Below, in pieces: positions 11,315 through 21,859 of a stretch of 64,000 bases of DNA. Where the stretch lies: NCBI RefSeq assembly GCF_018977255.1, contig NW_024704742.1:13952001-14016000 (forward strand), given 5' to 3'. Each line of letters starts with the position of its first letter. Within the stretch, counting starts at the first letter, position 1. Under the pieces are notes generated by a model that saw nothing but the letters and a program-made list of their open reading frames with translations, did not search any database and was not told where the DNA came from. Origin of the DNA: Callorhinchus milii (Eukaryota). The position numbers were made by a program, and so were the translations under genes.

Positions 11315-11839
11315 CAGACGAGATGTAAATGAGACACACCGATGCCCACCCACAGTGAAATATACAAGCTAGTTATAGTTATAGGAAGTCAAAGCTAAAT
11401 TAAACTGATTTATTATTTTCTGCTTTCTGATGGCACTGGATATGGTTCCATAGGGACCAGTCGCAATCTGGTACCTTTCCAAGGGGTCATTCTTCATTGT
11501 TCATCAGCAGACTTCTACACTGCAAGGATATCGACAAGAAGATAAGGCCATTCAACTTACATTAGCACAGAACTCACTCACCCATTCTTTATATAGATTT
11601 CTGAGACGTAAAATGGTATTAGCCTCAAGACCATTGGCTTAAAATGTAAGCACAGGTAGATTTTTTTCAAAAATATTCTACTCTTGTCTAAATATTCTGC
11701 TGAGCCAAATGCTTTTTAATTTTAAAACTTTGCCCTCTCATCTGCTTTTGTAGTTTAAGTCAATTTAGGATGTTTATATCTCTTCCACCTATGCTTCTCA
11801 GTTGGCTCAGTTTAATTTAGAGTTCCACACTGAAAGGCT

Positions 11840-12050
11840 GGCTTCACAGGTGAACCTGATTCTGTCCTTACCCATGGTCTGCAGACCAGCATTTTCTAAG
11901 AGCAATCTATGAATAATGGTCACAGGAAGAAAACCTGCTTGCTATTTCCTCTCCAGTTTGGAGCACTGAAGTCAATAGTACAATCCCTATAACTACCCAA
12001 GGTGAGATCAGTTGAAATAGGACAGCCACATAGGGTCAAACCTGGGGTCT
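11840..12050 (-). mobile_element. Family X SINE-like fragment
   Basis: Reverse-complement similarity to 10330-10640. Confidence 0.5.
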
Positions 12051-12055
12051 TCCTG

Positions 12056-12905
12056 AACAACAACAAAATTACATTTGTATAGCCCTTTCATGTCGGGAGG
12101 ACGTCCCAAGGTGCTGAACAAACAGAGCTTGGGGTTGGGGAGGGTGGAGGGCAGGGGAGAAGCAGGAAGATTGAAAGCACGGTCGAAGAGGAGGTTCTTG
12201 AGATGGGTCTTGAAGGTGACAAGGGAGAGGGTGAGGCAGAGGGATGGCGGGATGGAGTTCCAGAGGGTGGGGGCACAGTGGCAGAAGGTCTGCCCACCAA
12301 TAGTTGGGCGAGCGGGGCGGGAGGCGTGAAGCAGGCTGGAGACCGTTGAGTGGAGGGAGTGAGCAGGATGGTAGAGGGTTAGGAGGTCACAGAGGTAGTG
12401 GGGAGTAAGACCATGGAGAGCTTTGAAGGTGAGGACCAGGATCTTGAACTGTATCCTCTGTGTGATGGGAAGCCAGTGGAGTTGGGCGAGCATGGGAGTC
12501 ATAGGATTGCGGAGCCTAGTGCGGGAGAGGATGCGAGCTACAGAGTTCTGGTTGATCTGCAGCCTATGGAAGATGAATTGGGGAAGCCAACAAGCAATGA
12601 GTTTGCATAGTCAAGCCTCGATGTAATGAAAGCATGTATGAGTGTTTCGGCGGCCTGAGGTGTGAGACAGTAGCGGAGGTGGGGGAAGGCAGAGCGGTTT
12701 GTGGAGATGAAATGGAGATGGTGTGAGAGGTACGATCTGAACCACTCAATGAGTCATGAAAGTTGAGGTGAGAAGAGAGGCGGTTGATGAAGATAGAGTG
12801 GTCAATGTTGTCGAAGGCAGCAGAGACGTCATGGAGGACGAGAAGGCAGAGGAAGCCCTGGTCGCAGTTGGACAGAATATGATTTATCACTTTGACCAGG
12901 GCTGT
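12056..12905 (-). mobile_element. L2 LINE 3' fragment with internal deletion
   Basis: ORFs 12008..12502 (LHWLPITQRIQFKIL) and 12564..12890 (LLVLHDVSAAFDNIDH). The RT core between them is missing. (TTG)n tail. Confidence 0.92.
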
Positions 12906-13164
12906 TAATATTTATATCTGTTTAGTGTAGTTCCTGCCCAGTGTAGAACAAATTCTACACTGAATTTGTAGAAATTCTACACTGAGCAGTTCCTTTGCTA
13001 ACTGAGCCATCAATACATTTTATTATTTAACTGGGTAATCTTACCATTAGCTCTTTTCTCAGCAATGGAATTGCTCATTATTAAGAATGCAATTTATCTT
13101 TTGTTTTAAATAGTGACAAACAGGTTACGCTGTGTTGGAGGAGATTTGATGAGGAAAGAACTAC

Positions 13165-13580
13165 AAAGAAAGATTTTATTTTTATAGCACTTTTTCACAG
13201 AGAAAGTCTCGAAACACAAGTGTAGTGATTGTCATGTAGGTAAGCACAAGAAGCATTTGTCCTAGCAAGGTCCCGCAGGCAATCATGAGTCAAATTAGTT
13301 GATCTGGAGGTTTGTTAGCCAAAACACTGGGAGAAATTCCTTTCTATTGTCAAACAAAAGATTTCTTATTGTCAAATAAGACATCCTTCACATCCACATG
13401 AAGAACAAACCAAGAATACCTCAATTAAATGTCTTATCTGAAAATTTGCACCACTAAAAATGCAGCATAGCTATTCTACTGGAGTGCCAGCCTGCTTAGG
13501 GGTTTCTTGTGTTGACATGGGACTTTGTTTACAACCTTCTGACCCAAAGGTGTGAGTTCCAAAAATGGAGCCAAAGTGAC
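13165..13580 (-). mobile_element. Deu-domain SINE, degraded
   Basis: Reverse Deu block (aatgtcttatctgaaa...atgcagca...ctactggagtgccagcct) and head (acaaccttctgac). Confidence 0.65.
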
Positions 13581-14659
13581 TACATGGTGATTTAATAAAT
13601 AAATGAATAAGAATAAATTAGTAATGGAAAAGGAAATGCCCTAAATGTATAATGCGCATACCATACAGTAGTAGATATCCTTAAAAATACATAGACAAGG
13701 CTTTCTTTATCACATTTATTCTCCATGGCTTCCAGAGACAGCTTTGTTAAGAGGAGCTGATGTACGATATCCTGGTGTCATAAAAGTGGCCTTTGGATAT
13801 TTTTCATTAAGTTTCGAATTTGGCAAAGCTGATAGAGGTGAATTTAGCTGAAGGTCATAATTATCAAAGAGTTTGTTTGTGTTTGTACTCCATAATTAAC
13901 TTTTGTTGGTTTTGAGAAAGAAAAATCGATAAAATGATCCTGCATAAATGCATGCAAAGTAACGTTGTAATTAGAGGCTGGAAATCATGCCCAGTGGGAT
14001 CATAAACAATGTAAGCAATGGCCAACCGGAATCTGCAAACAGGTCATCATATTTAAATTTCAAGCAGATGGTATTTTTTCTTTAAGTGAACATTCTAAAT
14101 GGGCATTTTCATCTTGCATCTGTGCTGCTTCAAAATGTACTATAATTACAGTTGGCATTTTGTCTCTGAATGAATTATATTCTTTGGCCTCTACAATATA
14201 GTGGGGGTCTTATTCATGATGTTCGACAAAGGTGTTTGAAACAACAATTATAACTTTCGATGGTGAGCACCGAAAGCTAGCTAAATTTGCAATATTTTCC
14301 AAATGCTGAACTGTGATTTCTGAAAGCTGGCATTTTGCTTTCTGTCCTTTTCTCACACTTTTTCAGGAATTGCAAGATTTGCTTTGAGTTCTGTTTGTGA
14401 ATATTGCAAATTGGTCTCAATATCAACACATTTATTTAACGTTCAATATTTCCTACTGCATGAGAATAAATGGTGGTCTTAACAATGCAAGTTTGAGTTG
14501 AAATGTTACCATCATTGTCAAGACAGAGCCAAACTTGTGTTGCAAAGAGTACACCAGAAGATCACTGTAGAAATGATGAGCAAGCCTGTGTCATTAACAC
14601 TTAACTGCTGATATCTTTAAGCTTTTGAGCCTGTAAAACTTGCACTAATTGAATATTCT

Positions 14660-15095
14660 GTAAGATGGGAAAATATTAAAAGGAGTAGAAGAACAAAGGG
14701 ACTTAGGGGTTAACGTACATTAATCCTAGAAACATGGGAAGGTAGGTGGGCAAAGTTGTCAAGAAAGCAAATTGGATCCTAGGTTTTATAAATAGGGGCT
14801 TAGAATATAAAACCAAGAAGTATTGCTAAACTTATACAAATTATTAGTTAGATCTCAGTTAGAATATTGTGCCCAGTGTTGGTCACTCTACTTTGGGAAA
14901 GACGTCAAGATGATGGAGGGATGCAGAGAAGTCAGTGACTACAGGGCATCAATTTAAGACAGTTAGCCAATGACCAAATGAGGAGGTTAGAGAATTTTTT
15001 TCACACACAGAATATTTGGGATATGGAATACTGTATTAGGAATGATGGTTGAATCCACATGGGGTTTCAAAAGGGAACTAGATAAATATCTAAAA
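14660..15095 (+). mobile_element. CR1 3' fragment, internally deleted
   Basis: EEQRDLGV, LGFINRGLEYK, LVRSQLEYCAQ and FFTHRIFGIWN remnants. Confidence 0.85.
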
Positions 15096-15342
15096 TATTT
15101 CTCAAAGGGCTTCACAGGATATACTATATCGAAATGGCAACTCATTTTCCTCTCTCCATAGATGCTGCCTGACCTACTGCGTGTTCCCAGCAACTTCTGT
15201 TTTTATTTAACTTACAGTATATCCTGTGAAGCGCTTTGAAAAATATTTTAGATATTTACCTAATTCCTTTTTGAAACCCTGTGGAGTGAACCATCATTCC
15301 TAATACAGTATTCCATATCCTAAATATTCTGTGTGTGAAAAA
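14997..15342. repeat. Long inverted repeat: arms ~14997-15125 and 15216-15342, ~90-bp spacer
   Basis: Arm 2 is the reverse complement of arm 1 with about 8 substitutions and one 2-nt indel by manual alignment. Confidence 0.95.
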
Positions 15343-15409
15343 GAGAACAGCCCAGTAATAGAATTTTTGCAGCACTGGAACAGGCCATTCAGACTAGCGT
15401 TATCCTTAC

Positions 15410-15550
15410 TTCTATGAATATGCCTATTCATTGCCATAAGCCTTTTATATGGTACTTCATCAACTGCTGTTTGAAAATCCACATAGACCACATCCACTGC
15501 ATTTCCTTTATCTATCGTATTCCTTAAAGGATTATATAGAGTTATTGAGA
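15410..15550 (-). mobile_element. CR1 RT fragment
   Basis: IDKGNAVDVVYVDFQTAVDEVPYKRL in ORF 15300..15557. Confidence 0.85.
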
Positions 15551-15556
15551 AATCCA

Positions 15557-15925
15557 AGCTGACTGGCCCTGACTAGCTGTGCAGTGGAGCACAGCGGCTG
15601 ACGGACGGAAGGTAAGTCAGACAGCAGCAGGGAGTCATAGGGCTGGTTTCCTGGGGATTGGGACCGGCAGTAGCCAGAGAGGGGGCTGGGACTAGCAACA
15701 GCTAGTGGTAGAGCTGGTGTCTCGGGGATCGGAGGCAGAGACAGGAGCCAGAGGCAGGGGCCAGCCGGTAGCTGTAAGCTGAGGTGGGGCGGGTGTGTCG
15801 GGGGCGGAGTCTCGGGTATCGAGCGGTGGCCATTACCTGGTTAGGGGGAGCCGCCATTGTGCACTTCCAGATTTTCCCGCCATTCTGCGTGATGTCACTT
15901 CCGCATGCCAAGTTTGAATCCCTGG
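15557..15925 (+). promoter_or_regulatory. CpG-rich promoter-like segment, probably the L2 5' UTR/internal promoter
   Basis: GC boxes (ggggcggg, ggggcggag), YY1-like gccgccatt, ETS-like cacttccg and CRE-like tgatgtca, immediately upstream of a long L2. Confidence 0.5.
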
Positions 15926-17822
15926 CAATAGGTACAGTATAGTTTATTACCAGTGTCTCCCTCCCTCCCTCCCCATCATCTATCTGTTTCCCTCCCCTGT
16001 CCTTCCCCTACAGGCTGCTTATTGCTAACCACAATGAGTGCCCTCCCCCTTGCGCCACCGCTAGCCCCCACAGCCTCCTGCAGGCTGGCAATGTCCCACT
16101 AAACCACCAGCTCTCATCTTACCGTTCATATCTTGGCTGCCGACCTCGACCCGAGCTGGCTCTCCCTCAAAATCCCCCCTCCCTGCAACTCTCCCGCTCT
16201 GTCCTGCTCTCCCTTCACCCTCCTTGGCTCCTATCTCTGATCCAGCTGAGAATCCTCCGCCGGGCTCATCGCAGCATTCAGCATTGGATGTCCAGCAGCA
16301 GCCATACCAACTGCCCCATTCCCCACTTCCGCCTCAAGCCACCCCGGCCCAGACCTGGGAGCTAATCTCCTTCCTCATCCGCATCCCCACCCTCCCTGCC
16401 AACCAATCCACTACCCCTTCCATCCCACACATCCCCCTGTCAACTGTCCACTCCACATTGACCTTCAAAATGTCCACTCCATCTGCAGTAAGACCCTGGC
16501 CGTCTTCATCCTCGATGAAAACATTGATATTATGGCCCTCACGGAAACCTGGATCACCCCAGGGGACACCTTCCCCCTCACTGAGGCCACATCTCCCGGC
16601 TATACCTTCCTCCATGCCCCACACCCCAACCACCGTGGCAGTTGTGTGGCCTTCATCTCCAGGGCGTCACTTGCTCTATCTCCGTACTCCACTGGCTCAT
16701 TCCCCTCTTTTGAATATCTTACCCCCTGCCATCCCTCGCATCTCTCACTAAAAATTCTCCTAATTTTCCACCCCCCCCAAAATCCTTCCCCACCTTCATC
16801 TCTGACATTTCCACCCTTCTAGCTTCCCTCTGCCTCTGCTCTGATCGCCTCATCATCCTTGGCCACTTCAACCTCCACTTCACCCCCTCTTGCTGCACCT
16901 CCTCAGACTTCTCCTCTCTCCTCTTCTCTCTCAACCTCTCGCTCCACATCCACTCTGCTACCCACGTACACGGCCACCCACTCAGCCTGGTAATCACCCG
17001 GGGCCTCAGCGTCTCGGATGTCACCATCACGGACAAGGCCATCTCTGACCACCATTTTGCTCCCTCAACTCCTATATCCCTCTGGCCATTGCCTCCAAAC
17101 CTACCACCATCTTCTACTACCCGTGGAAGAAGATCTCCCCACAATCCTTCTCCGCTGCCCTGGAGTCATCTGAACTCCTCTCCCTCTGGCCCACCTCCTG
17201 CACCAACTCATCGTCTGCATTTACTCTCCTCCAAAGCACCCTCTCCACCACACTCAACGCCCTTGAACCCTTCACTTCCCGAACTGCCTCCTATTCCCGA
17301 TCCTCACTCTGGTTCACCAGTCACTTCCGCTCGATCAAGGGCCAGGTGTGGGCTGCTGAACGCACTTGGCTGAAATCCTAATGGTCCACCGCCACATCTG
17401 GCTGGACCACATCAAAACCTACTGCTCCACTCTCGCCTTGGCCAAATCGTCCTTCTACTCCAGGTTAATCCTGGAAGCGAAGGGCAACCCCAGGCTCCTG
17501 TTCTCCACTACCAACTGGCTCCTCCACCCTCCCCGCCACGCCTCGCAGATTCTTTCCTCTGACTCTCACTGCGAGAAAATGCTGGACTTCTTCGAGTCCA
17601 AAATCGAAGGAATCCGCCTAGCTACCACTGCCCTCTCAACTTCCACCCCCTCCCATCACCACCATATCCTCCACGAAGCTCACCACTAGCTCCCTTGACC
17701 CCATCCCTCTCCTTAAATCCCAGTTCCACCTCCTTGCCACACTATTCGCTGACATCATCAACCTCGCCCCGTCATCTGGCACTGTTCCTGCCCCGATCAA
17801 AACAACCACCATCACCCCCACC

Positions 17823-18488
17823 TTGAAGAAACCTTCCCTTGACCCATCACAGTTATCCAGCTACCGGCCCATCTCCCACCTCCCTTTTCTGTCTAAGGTC
17901 CGTGAGAGAGCCGTCGTCTCCCAGCTTCGCTCTTTCCTCTCCTCCCACTCCCTCCATGAAACCCTCCAGTCGGGTTTCTATGCTGCCCACATGACAGAAA
18001 CTGCTCTGGTCAAGCTCACAAATGACATCCTGACCATGTGTGACCAGAGCTCCTTCTTCCTCCTCGTCCTCCTCGACCTCTCCGCCGCTTTTGATATTGT
18101 GGACCACTCAATCCTCCTCCACCACCTCTCCTCCCACCTCAACCTTCAAGGTGCTGTCCTTGACTGGTTTAGGCTGTACCTTTCACACCGCTTCCACTCC
18201 TTCTCTGCAAACAGCTTCTCCTCCAGCTCCCGCACTTCCTCGTGCGGCGTTCCTCAGGGCTCTGTCTTCGGTCCCCTCCTTACCCTGTACATGCTCCCCC
18301 TTCATGACATCATCCACAGACATGGGGTAAATTTCCACATGTATGCGGATGACACCCAACTCTACCTCTCTGCCTCCACCCTCAACTCCAAGACTACTGG
18401 AATCCTGACCGACTGCCTGTTTGACATCAATTCCTGGATGAGGGACAACTGCTCCAACTCAATGTCAGCAAGAGCGAGGCCCTCCTGA
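17823..18488 (+). pseudogene. L2 ORF2 reverse transcriptase remnant
   Basis: 221-aa open stretch with RT motifs including QGS and YADD, flanked by frameshifts. Confidence 0.95.
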
Positions 18489-19582
18489 TTGGCTCGAGCC
18501 AACGCCTCTGCACCTCAGGCGCTGGCAGCATCAGCCTCCACAGCTGCACACTCAACCTCACTAAGCCAGTCAGGAACCTGGGTGTCTTGTTTGACCCTGA
18601 ACTGTCCTTTCTCCCCCACATCCGCGCCATGACCGGCATTGCCTACCACCACCTCCGCAACATTGCCAGACTCTGCCACTGCCTCACCCCTCAGGCCTCC
18701 GAAACCCTCACCCATGCATTCGTCACCCACACATTCGATTATGGAAATTCCCTCCTCATTGGCCTTCCCAACTCTTCCCTTCATAAGCTGCAGATCATCC
18801 AAAACTCTGCAGCTCGTGTACTCTTGTGCACCAGGCTCCGTGACCCCATCACTCCCTCTCTCGCCTGACTCTACTGGCTCCCCATCCCTCAGAGGATCGA
18901 ATTTAAGATCCTTGTCCTCACTTTCAAGGCCATGCATGGCCTTATTCCCTCCTACCTCTCTGACCTGCTAACTCCCTACCAAGCTGCCCACTCCCTCCAT
19001 TCAGCGGCCTCCGGCCCTCTCCATGTCTCTCGTCCGACCTGCCCTACCATTGGTGGCCGGGCTTTCCGCCTCTCTGCCCCCACACTCTGGAACTCCATCC
19101 CACAGTCCCTTCGCCTCACTTTCTCCCTTGCCCCCTTCAAGGCCGGTCTCAAGACCCTCCTCTTCAATCGTGCCTTCAGCCCACCTCTCTGCCTTTCCTC
19201 ACTCCTACCCCACCCCTCCCGCATGCTCGGGTCCTGATCCCTGACTGTCCAGCGCCTTGGCATGTCCTCCCAACATGAAGGGCGCTCTGTAAATGTAATT
19301 TTGTTGTTGTTATGTTTCCAAGTGCTTTGCAATTTTTCCGATATTATAAACTCAGGCAGTTTACCAGTGGAAGTGCAAGTGTGGCGGCAATATTTGTTTA
19401 TGTAAGCATCATGTCTCAAGATCATACGATTGGTTCGAAAGAAGGCCCATCTGATCTTATCCCTCCAGAATATTTATGCAGCTGTCCTCACATCACAGCA
19501 GCAAGCTGCTTTTTAAATTAATCAGCTTGCTGGCCTCAACCACCCTTTCTTACATGGATATTAGCTGGAGCAGAGAGATAAA

Positions 19583-20190
19583 CTGTCCACAAAAGGGCGC
19601 CATGCAAGGTGGAATAAATACGTCGTACCAACTTGTCAAATCATGCAATCAAAGTCAATTTGCACTACGAACTGTAATGAATTACCTCTCCAGGATTCCC
19701 CAGGAGATGAAATTATCATGCTGCTGAAACATTTGTCAAACAGCTGTATTCCTAGTAATTTTTCAAAAATGTTGCAACTCCTTTGCCATGCGTTCAACTT
19801 GTACATTGTCAGCATCAAATGGAAATGAATCTGTTACTGATTTAACAAGATTTCTAATGCAAACCATGGCACTATGCTGTGTATGTTGTTTTGCAGCCTA
19901 CTGGAATTCTAATTGTTGATCTGATACAGATTTGTGCCATTAGTTGATTTAAAATGTAATAAGATTTTTAAGCAACAATGAAGCAGCAATAATGGTTCAT
20001 TAACATGTATGGTTTAATCAGATGCTCTGGCCTTTAGCTGCTGTTTGGAATGTAATCCATATGCTGATGTAATTTCAATATGTTGATCTGTCAAGGGCTT
20101 GATATACATTTGGTGATCAGCACAATGCATACTATATATATACTATACAGTATATTTATTCCACCTTGCATGGCGTCCTGTTGTGGACCG
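19583..20190. mobile_element. Putative non-autonomous DNA transposon (MITE), 608 bp with 38-bp TIRs
   Basis: ctgtccacaaaagggcgccatgcaaggtggaataaata (19583-19620) versus the reverse complement of 20153-20190 (cggtccacaacaggacgccatgcaaggtggaataaata): 35/38 identical. Confidence 0.7.
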
Positions 20191-20244
20191 TACATGTAGT
20201 TTCAGCACAATTCCAAAGCATATTTGTAGCACAGTGATATTAAA

Positions 20245-20352
20245 AAAAAATTTGGTCACTCAATTCACAACTGTTTGTGGGACGCTGCTATGCGTAAATG
20301 GCTGCCACATTTTGCCCACAAAATATACAGTCAATTAAATTCACAGTATATT
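20245..20352 (+). mobile_element. SINE body interrupted by CR1 (resumes at 24584-24660)
   Basis: ggtcactcaattcacaactgtttgtggga...cagtatatt stops here and resumes as tgtgaagggctttgagatgtc...aaatgcaacaattattattat after the CR1. Confidence 0.85.
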
Positions 20353-21161
20353 GACTTGAGCAGAGAGCCCAGCAGCATGAGGAAGGAACTGAATGAGGTG
20401 GAACTGAGTGAGAATTCTGTTAAGGAATTTGGTGAGAGTGGGAATTCTTCAGCAAGAGAGATACCAGAGAGCAAGCAAGATACCAGAGAGAAAGTGAGAA
20501 CTTTTTCATTCAGCAGAAGAGTGGGAAATCTTTCTTGAGGTAGAGGCAACCTTATATGTAAGCAGGCAAACAAGTCAATTAGCAGTTAATCATAAGCCAG
20601 GTGTTGGAGATTAAAAATTCTGCTAACCAGTCGAAACTGGGTACTTTTGTTTAAATCCTATATAAAGGAGAAGACTTGTAAGAGCCTCACTTGAGCAAAG
20701 AGAGACCAGCAGCCTGAGTAGGGAATTGAGTGAGAATTCTCTTAAGGAATTTGGTGCAGAGGAGGAAGGAGGTGCAGCCTTATTAAACATATATTTATAT
20801 TAAAATAATATAAAAATTCTGGAAATATGGTAGGGCAGCTGAGACTGGTTGCATGCACCAATGTGTACCATGTGGGAACTCCAGGATGTTATGTGTCTTT
20901 GAGTTACTGACTTGAGGAGAGGCTGGTGTCACTACATAGCATACGGGAAGGAGGCTGAAGAATTAATGGATCAAACATTTCCGGAGGTGGTCACCACACA
21001 GCGACAGAGGGTTCAGAAGGAGAGTGAGTGGGTGACCACCTGGCATGGTAGGAAGAGGCAGTGCAGAAATCCCCTGATAGTGTGGCATTCACAAACTGGT
21101 TCTCTGTACTGAATACTGGTCAGGGTGATGACTACCTCCAGGGAGGGGGAGTCAAAGGCAA

Positions 21162-21720
21162 ATGGATGCACAAGGGGACACAGGGAAGAGTGTCAATGCC
21201 ATTGTCATTGGGGACACAATGGTGAAAGGACGAGACAGGTGTTTCTGCAACCAAAGACATGACTCTCACATGGTATGTTGCCTCCCTGGTGCCAGGGTTG
21301 AAGACATCATGGAATGGGCACAAAACATTCTACAAGGGGAAGGGGAACATCCAGAAATCGTGGTCCATGTTGGGATCCATGACATAGGAAAAAAAAGGGC
21401 TGAAATCCTACAGGAAAAGTTCAGAAGCGAGGGGAAAAAGCGAAAGAGTAGGCCCTCAAAGGTGATGATCTCTGTATTACTCCCAGTGCCTCATGCAAGT
21501 GAGTATCAAAACAGCAGGATCAAACACATGAATGCATGGCTGGAGAAATTGTGCAGAAAGGAGCACTTCAAGTTCCTGGATCATTGGGACTAGTTCTGGG
21601 ACAGGTGGGATCTGTACAATGTGGAAGGGTTACACCTGAACAGGGCTGGGAACAATGTCCTCACAGGGAGATTAAGTAGTGCTGTGGGGGAAGGGTTTAA
21701 ACTAATTTTGAGGGGGAAAG
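21162..21720 (+). pseudogene. CR1 ORF1 SGNH/GDSL esterase domain remnant
   Basis: IVIGDTMVKG (block I, Ser changed to Thr), CCLPGARV, VVHVGIHD and EGLHLNRAG (DxxH block), with an in-frame stop at ~21591. Confidence 0.9.
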
Positions 21721-21859
21721 GGAATTGGGATGTAGCATTAGAGAGGACAAACAATTTACATAGAAGGCTGGGAGAGATGAATAGCAATGTAATCAGGAGT
21801 AATCCAGAAAAAGGAGGGATTAGACAGGAGAGAAATGCAGAACAGACTAAGTCGGTTTT

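Larger units (their letters stand above)
15557..19311 (+). mobile_element. Near-full-length L2 LINE (APE + RT, frameshifted; 5' boundary uncertain)
   Basis: APE motifs NVHSI...DIMALTETW, ILGHFNLH and ISDHH. RT ORF 17823..18488 ([39 protein letters not shown]). C-terminus and (TTG)n tail at ~19300. Confidence 0.95.
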
